64,000 nucleotides of DNA from an uncultured bacterium (GCA_964597845.1 CAZQZR010000001.1:6722-70721); one strand, 5' to 3'. Shown: positions 54,151 through 61,968, counted from the stretch's first letter. Notes: a model not told the origin generated them from the letters alone. Program-made: numbers and translations.

Positions 54151-54251
54151 CGGACGAAGTCAGAGGCGAGAAGCTAGATGCTAGAAGTCAGAAATGCCGA
54201 TTCTGAGGCTGGACAGGGTGAATCTGTGCTAATCTGTGGAATCTGTGGATG
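54151..54251. repeat. intergenic word repeats between kinase and response-regulator genes
   Basis: CGGACGAAGTCAGAGGCGAGAAGCTAGATGCTAGAAGTCAGAAATG ... GTGAATCTGTGCTAATCTGTGGAATCTGTGGATG. Confidence 0.85.
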
Positions 54252-54271
54252 TTTCTCCGGAAGGAGGACCT

Positions 54272-55618
54272 GTGGCTGAGAGAGTGCTGGTTGTGGACGA
54301 CGAACCGAGGGCCCGAGATATCATGGCCGACATCCTGTCGGGCGCTGGAATGGAGGTGTTGCAGGCCGGTGACGGAGAAGAGGCGGTGAGGCTTGCGGGC
54401 GAGCATGAGCTGAACCTTGTGTTCCTGGACCTGATGTTGCCGGACATGAACGGCGCTCAGGTTCTGGAGACAATCCTCGCCGGTAAACCAACCCTGCCGG
54501 TCGTCATGATCTCCGGGCAAGGCTCTATTCAAGATGCAGTCAAGGCCACGAAGCTGGGAGCTTATGACTTCCTGGAGAAGCCGGCGGAGCGGGAGAAGAT
54601 ACTACTGGCTGCGCGGAACGCCTTGGAGCGGGACCGAATGTGGCGCGTGCTGGCCGGGCTGCGGGAGGAGTCGTTGCGTCGGTACCAGATGGTCGGCGCG
54701 AGTACGGCGATGCACGAGATCTTCCAGAAGATAGACGAAATCTCCCCGACCCGTGCGCCCGTACTTGTGACCGGCGAGAGTGGCGGCGGGAAAGAACTGG
54801 TAGCCCGTGCAATCCACCTCAAGAGTGACCGTAAGGACAAGGCCTTTGTGAAGCTGAACTGCGCGGCCATTCCTGAGGCCCTGATAGAGAGTGAGCTGTT
54901 CGGCTATGAGAAGGGCGCGTTCACAGGAGCTTTGACCCAGAAGAAGGGCAAGCTTGAGACCGCCCATGAGGGCACCCTGCTGCTGGATGAGGTCGGAGAC
55001 CTGTCGCCTGCCAGTCAGGCCAAGCTGTTGCGATTCCTGCAGGAGAACGAGTTTGAGCGTCTGGGGGCGACGACCACGATGCGGGTTGACGTGCGGGTAA
55101 TCTCAGCCACCAACAAGAACCTGCGTCAGGAGATCGTCGAGAGGCGGTTCCGCGAAGACCTGTACTTCCGCCTGAACGTGATTCACATACACGTGCCGCC
55201 GCTGCGCGAACGCAAGGACGACATCCCCTTGCTTGCCGACCACTTCCTTGGGCAGCAGTGCGAGGAGAACGGTGTACCTAAGAAGCAGCTAACGCCTGAG
55301 GCGGTCGCGTTTCTGAAGAGCGCGGATTGGGCGCACAACAATGCGCGTGAGCTTGAGAATCTCATGAAGCGGGCCGCGATTCTCGTGAAGGCTCAGGACA
55401 TCACGCCACGTGACCTGGTGCCCCTCATGGAACCGATGGGTACAGCGCCGTCTCACGCCGAGGCCAGCCTGCGCGATGCCCGGGACGAGTTTGAGCGTGA
55501 GTTCATCAGAGCATCGCTGGCCCGAAATAACTGGGACAAGACCAGAACCGCGGAACAGCTCGGCATAGAACGGACGCACCTGCATCGGAAGCTGAAAGAC
55601 CTGGGACTAACCGAGTAG
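54272..55618 (+). CDS. sigma-54-dependent response regulator (NtrC family)
   Basis: GTG 54272 follows AAGGAGG (54261-54267). REC domain VLVVDDE..FLDLMLPDMNG. AAA+ domain GESGGGKE with GAFTGA loop. C-terminal Fis-type HTH TRTAEQLGIERTHLHRKLK. Confidence 0.9.
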   Translation: MAERVLVVDDEPRARDIMADILSGAGMEVLQAGDGEEAVRLAGEHELNLVFLDLMLPDMNGAQVLETILAGKPTLPVVMISGQGSIQDAVKATKLGAYDFLEKPAEREKILLAARNALERDRMWRVLAGLREESLRRYQMVGASTAMHEIFQKIDEISPTRAPVLVTGESGGGKELVARAIHLKSDRKDKAFVKLNCAAIPEALIESELFGYEKGAFTGALTQKKGKLETAHEGTLLLDEVGDLSPASQAKLLRFLQENEFERLGATTTMRVDVRVISATNKNLRQEIVERRFREDLYFRLNVIHIHVPPLRERKDDIPLLADHFLGQQCEENGVPKKQLTPEAVAFLKSADWAHNNARELENLMKRAAILVKAQDITPRDLVPLMEPMGTAPSHAEASLRDARDEFEREFIRASLARNNWDKTRTAEQLGIERTHLHRKLKDLGLTE

Positions 55619-55640
55619 ACGCCTTCACCTGTGACGGTCG

Positions 55641-55818
55641 GAAGTGATCCAGTGGTCTGGTGGCCCAGTGGTCGGGCGGTGTAGTGGTCAAGTGGTCTTG
55701 TGGTCCAGTGATCTAGTGAGGAAGAGACGGCGGCTATCGGTTCAGGAGAGTTCTGATGAAATTCGAGCCATGCACGAGACCGGTCGGAGGTGGTCTAGTG
55801 GTCCAGTGGTCTAGTGAG
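55641..55818. repeat. two AGTGGTC(N) octamer arrays (55641-55720, 55789-55818) downstream of the ApgM-like gene
   Basis: GAAGTGATCCAGTGGTCTGGTGGCCCAGTGGTCGGGCGGTGTAGTGGTCAAGTGGTCTTGTGGTCCAGTGATCTAGTGAG ... GGTGGTCTAGTGGTCCAGTGGTCTAGTGAGG. The second array contains the gene's stop codon. Confidence 0.9.
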
Positions 55819-57064
55819 GAGCGGACGCAAGCTCGCGACCGAGGAGAGTCCGGATGAAAGCAGACCCGCGGAGTAGGCCAAGGGAACCGGAAGCGCAGGC
55901 GACCTCGTCGTAGGACTGAACCGAGTCCGGCTCAAGGCGCGGGTTGAGTATGGCGACCGGAACCGGGCCGTGAACGTGATTGCCCTTCGCGACTGGCGTG
56001 AGGTGGTCGGTCAGGACGGCCACTGTGGCCTCGATCCCCTTGTCTTCAATCCCGTTCATCACGCGCGCGACCAGGCGCGAGTCGAGATACTCGATGCCAA
56101 GCACCTTCTGTTTCACATCCCGCGCGTGGCCGGCTTCGTCCGTCGCCTCGACGTGCACGTAGACAAAGTCATGGTCCTCAAGAACGTTCAGGCAGGCGTC
56201 GGCTTTGCCCTCGTAGTTGGTGTCAATCAGGCCGGTTGCACCGGGGACGTCAATCACGTCGAGCCCGGCATAGACGCCCAGCCCCTTAATCAAGTCAACC
56301 GCAGAGATGACCGCGCCGCTGATGCCGTACTGCTCTCTCATGGTCTTCATCTTCGGCTTGCGGCCCTGGGACCAGAACCAGATCGAGTTAGCCGGGTCCT
56401 TGCCGGCCTTGACTCGGGCTTCGTTGACTGAGTGTCGGGACAGCAAATCCCATGAGCAGCGAATCATGTCGTTCAGCCGGTCGACCGTCGGCTTGGCCTC
56501 GTCGGACTTCGGGACAATCATCAGGTCCTCGACCAACTCGCCGACGTGGTCGTGGGGCGGAAAGCACTCGAAGTCGGTAGAGAGAGTGGGACCAAGTGGC
56601 TGAGGGTCATCTGACGAGAGAAGGAGGAGGTGGCGGTAGGAGATACCGGGGAAGAAGCGAACCTCGTCACAACCAAGGTAACGGTCAACATGACGGATGA
56701 GTTTGTGGGCCTCCTCAGTGGAGATGTGACCCGCCGAGTGATTCTTGATGCGGCCGTCGGCAATGCAGATAAGGTTACAGCGCATGGCGATGTCGGTGTC
56801 GCGCAACTTGACGCCCATTGAGGCGGCCTCGATGACGCCGCGGCCCTGGTAGCATTCGCGCGGGTCGTAACCGAGCACGGTGAGATTCGCGACTTCCGAG
56901 CCGGGCGGCATGTCGTCGTCCACCGTGATGAATGAGCCGCAGCGGCCGAGACGAGCAATGCGGTCGATGGCAGGCTTATTCGCGACTTGGAGTGGAGTCT
57001 TATCGCCGAGTTCGGGGATGGGGAAATCGGCCGCGCCGTCGGCGAGGAAGATGATGGAACGCAT
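55811..57064 (-). CDS. cofactor-independent phosphoglycerate-mutase homologue (ApgM family; proposed homoserine kinase type)
   Basis: 417 aa. MRSIIFLADGAADFPIPELGDKTPLQVANKPAIDRIA is typical of ApgM-like metalloenzymes. Located in an operon with thrC. Confidence 0.75.
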   Translation of the reverse strand: MRSIIFLADGAADFPIPELGDKTPLQVANKPAIDRIARLGRCGSFITVDDDMPPGSEVANLTVLGYDPRECYQGRGVIEAASMGVKLRDTDIAMRCNLICIADGRIKNHSAGHISTEEAHKLIRHVDRYLGCDEVRFFPGISYRHLLLLSSDDPQPLGPTLSTDFECFPPHDHVGELVEDLMIVPKSDEAKPTVDRLNDMIRCSWDLLSRHSVNEARVKAGKDPANSIWFWSQGRKPKMKTMREQYGISGAVISAVDLIKGLGVYAGLDVIDVPGATGLIDTNYEGKADACLNVLEDHDFVYVHVEATDEAGHARDVKQKVLGIEYLDSRLVARVMNGIEDKGIEATVAVLTDHLTPVAKGNHVHGPVPVAILNPRLEPDSVQSYDEVACASGSLGLLRGSAFIRTLLGRELASAPH

Positions 57065-57197
57065 AGTGGTCTAGTGGTCCAGTGGTCTAGTGGTCGAGTG
57101 AAGGGAGAAGAATGTGGACGAGTGGTCCAGTGGTCTAGAGGTCAAGTGACGGGAGAAGACAGTGGTTAAGTGGTCCAGTGGTCGAGTGAGCACGTGG
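57065..57197. repeat. AGTGGTC(N) octamer arrays filling the whole M42/ApgM-like spacer
   Basis: AGTGGTCTAGTGGTCCAGTGGTCTAGTGGTCGAGTGAAGGGAGAAGAATGTGGACGAGTGGTCCAGTGGTCTAGAGGTCAAGTGACGGGAGAAGACAGTGGTTAAGTGGTCCAGTGGTCGAGTGAGCACGTGGTC; shows a higher-order unit of about 50 nt. Confidence 0.9.
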
Positions 57198-58256
57198 TCA
57201 GCGCTTCCTGCCGTTCGGCTCAACGTAAGCGAGAACCAGCCGCACGGTCGCGGCCAGCGCCTTGCGGTGGGTCCTTTCTAGGTTGTGCGAAGCGTTGATT
57301 CCCGGACCAATCAGTCCTGTGATGGCGTCCAGCCCGGCCCGCACCGCCACCGCTGCGTCCGAGCCATAAAACGGGTAGATGTCGACTTTGTATGGTATCT
57401 TCTGCGTCCGGCACAGCTTCACCAACCGCTGCCGTAGTGCGTAGTCAAACGGCCCGGTCGAGTCTTTGGCGCAGATGCAGACCGAGTATTCATCCGATTC
57501 CTGTCCCTTGCCGACTGCGCCCATGTCAACGGCAACCAACTCGCCGACTTCCGGCGGGATGCCGGCCGAAGCGCCGAAACCCACTTCCTCCGACGTGCTG
57601 AAGAGAAAGTGTGTGGCTAGTCGCGGCCGCGAACCGGAATCGGCTAGAGCCTTGAGCGCGCCGAGCAGGCAGGCAACCCCGGCCTTGTCGTCGAGGTGGC
57701 GGGTCTTGATGAACCCGGTTTCGGTCACCTCGCAGCGCGGGTCGAAATGGACGTAGTCGCCGACCGCGACGCCGAGCTTGGCGACCTGCTTTTCGTTCCG
57801 CACCTCGGCATCGAGCCGGATTCTCATGTTATCGAATTCCCGCTTGGCATCGGATATCTTCTTGCTGACATGGGCAGACGGCTCATCGAACAGAATGGTG
57901 CCGCGGAAGAGCTTGCCTGCGCTGGTCTCGACCGTGACGTACTCGCCCTCGACCGTGGCCAGCGCGTAGCCGCCGACCGCCGTGAATACGAGCGACCCGT
58001 CACTGCCGAGTTCCTTCACCATCGCGCCTAGGGTGTCGACATGGGCGGTGAGCGCCCGATGCGGGCCGGTCTCCCGGCCCTCAAGCGTTGCCAGCAGCGC
58101 ACCACGTCCGGTGCGCTTGTGCCCCACGCCCATCCGGGTCAGTTCCTTTTCGACATAGCTGACAGCCACGTCGGTGTGGCCGGCCAGGCTCGGCGTCTTC
58201 ACCAGCCGCACGACCTGTTCGACAACGTAATCGGTCAGGCGGTTATCATTTGGCAT
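57198..58256 (-). CDS. M42-family aminopeptidase/endoglucanase-like metallopeptidase
   Basis: 352 aa. LTAHVDTLGAMVKEL, RHLDDKAGVA and FSTSEEVG motifs. Confidence 0.75.
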   Translation of the reverse strand: MPNDNRLTDYVVEQVVRLVKTPSLAGHTDVAVSYVEKELTRMGVGHKRTGRGALLATLEGRETGPHRALTAHVDTLGAMVKELGSDGSLVFTAVGGYALATVEGEYVTVETSAGKLFRGTILFDEPSAHVSKKISDAKREFDNMRIRLDAEVRNEKQVAKLGVAVGDYVHFDPRCEVTETGFIKTRHLDDKAGVACLLGALKALADSGSRPRLATHFLFSTSEEVGFGASAGIPPEVGELVAVDMGAVGKGQESDEYSVCICAKDSTGPFDYALRQRLVKLCRTQKIPYKVDIYPFYGSDAAVAVRAGLDAITGLIGPGINASHNLERTHRKALAATVRLVLAYVEPNGRKR

Positions 58257-58340
58257 AGTGGTCTAGTGCTCCAGTGGTCTAGTGGTTAAGTGATAGGAGG
58301 AGATAGTGGTCAAGTGGCCCAGTGGTCACGTGATCAAGTG
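58257..58340. repeat. AGTGGTC(N) octamer array between the four-helix ORF and the M42 gene
   Basis: AGTGGTCTAGTGCTCCAGTGGTCTAGTGGTTAAGTGATAGGAGGAGATAGTGGTCAAGTGGCCCAGTGGTCACGTGATCAAGTG. Confidence 0.9.
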
Positions 58341-58757
58341 TCGGAAGCGGAGGAGAGTTTTCTCTCGAGCGCCCGGATAAGGGCCTTGGTAAGACGTTCG
58401 GTGTCACCGATTGACTGCAGCAGCCGGCCCGCTTCCTGGTCCGGCAGGTAGCAGAGCTTTATCGCCAGAAGTGCCTGAGTCTGTACCTCACAGATAGAGC
58501 CGTAAGCGATATAGAGCGAACGCAGGAAATCCGCAGTCGTGCGTCGTCCGAACCCCTCGGCGATGTTCGAGGGTATCGAGACCGCCGCACGCTGCACCTG
58601 TGCTGAGAGACCGTACGCTTCGGCCCTAGGGAAGCTCTTTGTCGCACGGTATACGTCGAGGCAGAGGTCGAAAGCCTTCTGCCACGCGGTCAAGTCCTGG
58701 TAGGTTCTTACTCGCTTTTTCTCTGTCACTGGATCACTGGACCACTGGGTCACTTGA
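58311..58757 (-). mobile_element. putative IVS-like cassette: four-helix-bundle ORF enclosed by ~30-nt imperfect inverted repeats made of AGTGGTC octamers
   Basis: Left arm 58311-58340 is CAAGTGGCCCAGTGGTCACGTGATCAAGTG. The reverse complement of right arm 58727-58757 is CAAGTGACCCAGTGGTCCAGTGATCCAGTG(A). About 26 of 30 positions match by eye. Confidence 0.45.
58334..58729 (-). CDS. four-helix-bundle protein (23S rRNA intervening-sequence protein / Avd family)
   Basis: ORF 58334..58786 trimmed to GTG 58729, just past the thrC stop. YQDLTAWQKAFDLCLDVY...YGLSAQVQRAAVSIPSNIAEGFGRRT..DFLRSLYIAYGS..E is the family signature. Confidence 0.8.
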   Translation of the reverse strand: MTEKKRVRTYQDLTAWQKAFDLCLDVYRATKSFPRAEAYGLSAQVQRAAVSIPSNIAEGFGRRTTADFLRSLYIAYGSICEVQTQALLAIKLCYLPDQEAGRLLQSIGDTERLTKALIRALERKLSSASDT

Positions 58758-60105
58758 ACACTCTCTGCAGGAAGCCCTTGAACCAATGGTAGTCATTCGG
58801 CCCGTGTTCGTAGTGCTCGGGTCTGGCATCAAGCCCGGCGAGCGACGGCGGCAGCGGCGGGTCGACGCCTAGCAGGTGTTGAATCTCCTCCGGGAACTTG
58901 GCCGGGTGAGCGGTTTCGATGGAGATGGCCAGAGGAGAGTTGCGAGTGGTCAAGGATTCCAAGTAGCGCTCGAGGCCGGCCCAGCCGACCGCGCCGTGCG
59001 GTTCGAGCATGGTTTTGTAATTGCTCCAGGCGTCCTTGATTGCCTGCCGGGTCCCCTCGTCGTCAATGCTCACCGGATATATGTCGCGCCGCATGGCCGC
59101 AAAGTCGGGCGGCTTCGAGATGCTGCCCTGTTCATCCATCACCCCGCCGTACAAGGCGACAAGCCGCGGCAGGTTGGATGGATGACCGACGTTCATCGCG
59201 TTGGAAATGCAGACACGCGACGGCACAATCCTCTCGTACCTGCCGGTGGCGACAAACTTCGGGAACTCATCGTTCGCGTTGGTCGCGATGACGAACCGGT
59301 CGACCGGCAGGCCCATGCGCCGGGCAATCAGGCCGCCGCAGATGTCGCCGAAGTTGCCGGACGGGACCGAGATGATTGCCGCTTCGTCGTTCTCCTGCAG
59401 CCGGGCCCAAGCGTACAGGTAGTAGACCGCCTGCGGCAGGAGCCGGCCGATGTTGATGGAGTTGGCCGAGGAGAACCGGATGCGCCCGAGTTCCGGGTCG
59501 GTGAAAGCGCGCTTGACCAGAGCCTGACAGTCGTCGAACTGGCCGTCGACGCCGATGACCGTAACATTGCCGCCGAGCGTCGTCATCTGCTTGCGCTGGC
59601 GGTCCGAGACTTCCTTAATAGGAAAGAGGACGACCATCGAGATGCGGTCGACGTTATGGAACGCGTGGGCGACCGCGGAGCCGGTATCGCCGGACGTGGC
59701 GGTCAGGATAACCAACTCGCCGCCTTCCTGCGCGAGGAAGTAGCGCATCATCCGAGCCATCATCCGGGCCGCGAAGTCTTTGAAGCTCGCGGTCGGGCCT
59801 TGGTCGAGGCGCATGAGGAACGTGCGGCCATAGACGCGTTCGAGCGGCACCGCGTAGTTGTAGCACTCGGCGCAGAGCCGCATCAGTTCATCGTCGGGAA
59901 TCAGGCCTTCCGTGTAGCGCCGCAGCACGGCAAAGGCGATTTCCGGGTACGGCTTCTCGCGGAACCCGATTATCTCGTCGAGCGGTATGCGAGGAATCTC
60001 GCGCGGCATGTACAGGCCCTTGTCCGGGGCTTGGCCGGTGAGAAGCGCGGTGCGTAAGTCGACGTCGGGGGAGGACAGGTTGGTGCTGTATAGAAGAGGG
60101 TTCAC
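58750..60105 (-). CDS. thrC: threonine synthase
   Basis: 451 aa. PLP-lysine motif GPTASFKDFAARMM, SGDTGSAVAH and SGNFGD. AGGAG 7 nt upstream of GTG 60105. Confidence 0.9.
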   Translation of the reverse strand: MNPLLYSTNLSSPDVDLRTALLTGQAPDKGLYMPREIPRIPLDEIIGFREKPYPEIAFAVLRRYTEGLIPDDELMRLCAECYNYAVPLERVYGRTFLMRLDQGPTASFKDFAARMMARMMRYFLAQEGGELVILTATSGDTGSAVAHAFHNVDRISMVVLFPIKEVSDRQRKQMTTLGGNVTVIGVDGQFDDCQALVKRAFTDPELGRIRFSSANSINIGRLLPQAVYYLYAWARLQENDEAAIISVPSGNFGDICGGLIARRMGLPVDRFVIATNANDEFPKFVATGRYERIVPSRVCISNAMNVGHPSNLPRLVALYGGVMDEQGSISKPPDFAAMRRDIYPVSIDDEGTRQAIKDAWSNYKTMLEPHGAVGWAGLERYLESLTTRNSPLAISIETAHPAKFPEEIQHLLGVDPPLPPSLAGLDARPEHYEHGPNDYHWFKGFLQRVFK

Positions 60106-60512
60106 GGCTTGGCTCCTGGAGGATTCGAGGATTCAAGGATTCGAGGATTCGAGTGCCGGCGTTCCAGTGACTTTATCAGTGACATCATCATTCGTTCCAC
60201 TTCGCGGATATCCTCGGATAGCTTGCCATATTCATCCAGCTTGAGGTATTCAAGGTCGCGAGCTAGCATCGTCTGGGTCTCCAGTTCGCTGTTCGAAGCG
60301 TACGCGAAGCGCAGCGAACGTAGGTAGTCACCAGTCGTGCTGCGGCTGTATCCCTCCGCGATATTGGACGGAACCGAGACCGCGGCCCGGCGCATCTGAG
60401 AGGTTAGGCCGTAGCGCTCGTCGGCCGGGAACTTCCTTGTCGACCGATAGACCTGCAGGCAGATTCGGTACGACTTCTGCCAGACCAGCAGGTCGCGGTA
60501 ATTCCTTAGCAC
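60102..60512 (-). CDS. four-helix-bundle protein (23S rRNA intervening-sequence protein / Avd family), second copy
   Basis: 136 aa. YRDLLVWQKSYRICLQVY...YGLTSQMRRAAVSVPSNIAEGYSRST..DYLRSLRFAYAS..E. The C-terminal RHSNPRILESSNPPGAKP is read-through of the AGGATTC array. Overlaps the thrC start by 4 nt. Confidence 0.8.
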   Translation of the reverse strand: MLRNYRDLLVWQKSYRICLQVYRSTRKFPADERYGLTSQMRRAAVSVPSNIAEGYSRSTTGDYLRSLRFAYASNSELETQTMLARDLEYLKLDEYGKLSEDIREVERMMMSLIKSLERRHSNPRILESSNPPGAKP

Positions 60513-60555
60513 GCTCCGCCCACTGGAATCCTAGAATCCTCGATTCCTCGAACCC
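60118..60555 (-). mobile_element. putative IVS-like cassette: second four-helix-bundle ORF enclosed by inverted AGGATTC octamer arrays
   Basis: Left arm 60118-60155 is GGAGGATTCGAGGATTCAAGGATTCGAGGATTCGAGTG. The reverse complement of right arm 60521-60555 is GGGTTCGAGGAATCGAGGATTCTAGGATTCCAGTG. About 23 of 27 positions match in the aligned core. Confidence 0.45.
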
Positions 60556-60558
60556 TTC

Positions 60559-61968
60559 CTACTTCACCGCTCCCAGCGCTTGGTCTAGGTCCCCGATGAT
60601 ATCATCCGGGTGTTCCGCACCTACCGACAGCCGAATCAGGTCCGCAGGGACGTCGGCCTTCTTGCGTGCTTCTTCGCCCTGGAGGAGATGCGTCGAGATG
60701 GCCGGGATGGTGGCAACGGTCTTGACCCGGCCTAGGTCGGTGGCGCGCCAGATCATTTCGAACCGGTCGAACGCCTTGCGCGCCGCGTCCGGGCCGCCCT
60801 TCACCCGAAACGACATCATGTGGGTGTAACGGTTGACCGGCTTGCCGTAGTGCTCGTCGTGCTCGGCGTCGACGAGCCACAAGTACTTCTTCGCCAGTTC
60901 GTGCAGGGGGTAGCTTTCGAGCCCGAGGTAATTGACCGCGAGCACGGCCGCGTGACCTTCGAGGAACCGTGCCACTGTCATCGCGGTCTGGCTCCAGGCG
61001 TCGACGCGGGCGCGCAGCGTGCGCAGGTCGGACATCGTCATCGTGGCCTGAAACGGGTGCAGGCAGCCGCCCTGCTCGCGCTGGGGGTAGCGCTTGAGGT
61101 AGAGCGCGAAGTTGGCTTTCAGTTCGTCGTTCGGAATGTTTGAGACAATCGGCATACGAGCGATAACCGCGCCGGCCATCCCGAGACCGGAGCAGCTCAT
61201 CACCTTGGTCGCAGAGTGAATTACCACGTCGGTGCCGTGCAGCAGCGGCCGCATCAGGGCGGGCGAGGCGATGGTCGCGTCGAGCACGAGCGGGATGCCG
61301 TGTTCGTGGGCCAGCGCGGCGACCGCCGCGATGTCGAAGAAGGCAAGGCCCGGGTTGGACGGCATTTCGCCATAGAGGAAGCGGGTATTCTTGTCGATGG
61401 TGCGGCGCCACTCGTCAAGGTTGCTGGAATCGACCACCATCCGGACGTCCATGCCGCGCTCGCACTTCAGGCGCGCGTCGAAGAGTTGGTAGGTGCCGCC
61501 GTAGAGCTGGCAGGTGGAAACGAAATTCGGCGGCTTGGTGCCGGGCAGGGCCATCAGCGCATCGACCGTGTTGCCGATGGCGGCCATGCCGGAAGAGTAG
61601 ACGCAGCACCCGGCCTCGATGTCTGAACCGTAGGTTTCCAGCAGGGCGAGCTTGTCTTCAAGGAACCCGAGCGTCGGGTTGTGGATGCGGGTGTAGCACC
61701 AGGTTGGTATTTTGTAGCCAAGGGCAAGCTCCATTTCGTCCGAGTCGCGGTAGGCCTGCGCCGACGAGAAAAGGGTCGGCTCCATTATCGCGCCGTGATT
61801 GTGGTCGAGCGACTCCGCGACCGTGTAGAGTCCGTGGACGGCAATCGTGTCGAAGCGGAGCTTGCGGGCGCGGACGATGTCGCGCTGACGTGCGGCCAGC
61901 GCCTGGTCTGCCCGGTCAATATACTTCTTCAGGCCTTCGCTGTGCGAAGGCGGGGTCGAATGGTCCAT
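60559..61968 (-). CDS. Cys/Met-metabolism PLP enzyme, O-acetylhomoserine sulfhydrylase-like
   Basis: 469 aa. FDTIAVHG, MAAIGNTV and PLP lysine in VIHSATKVMS. Operon with thrC. Confidence 0.75.
   Translation of the reverse strand: MDHSTPPSHSEGLKKYIDRADQALAARQRDIVRARKLRFDTIAVHGLYTVAESLDHNHGAIMEPTLFSSAQAYRDSDEMELALGYKIPTWCYTRIHNPTLGFLEDKLALLETYGSDIEAGCCVYSSGMAAIGNTVDALMALPGTKPPNFVSTCQLYGGTYQLFDARLKCERGMDVRMVVDSSNLDEWRRTIDKNTRFLYGEMPSNPGLAFFDIAAVAALAHEHGIPLVLDATIASPALMRPLLHGTDVVIHSATKVMSCSGLGMAGAVIARMPIVSNIPNDELKANFALYLKRYPQREQGGCLHPFQATMTMSDLRTLRARVDAWSQTAMTVARFLEGHAAVLAVNYLGLESYPLHELAKKYLWLVDAEHDEHYGKPVNRYTHMMSFRVKGGPDAARKAFDRFEMIWRATDLGRVKTVATIPAISTHLLQGEEARKKADVPADLIRLSVGAEHPDDIIGDLDQALGAVK

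Noticed and set aside
55620-58340. Peptides translated from the AGTGGTC arrays (for example WSSGLVVQWSSG in ORF 56987..57169)
   Set aside because: An 8-nt period cannot maintain a frame. These ORFs are short, lack starts and SD, and simply mirror the repeat.
58334-60512. Diversity-generating retroelement (the four-helix-bundle proteins belong to the Avd family)
   Set aside because: No reverse transcriptase ORF, no template/variable repeat pair with A-specific mismatches, and no target gene were found anywhere in the window.
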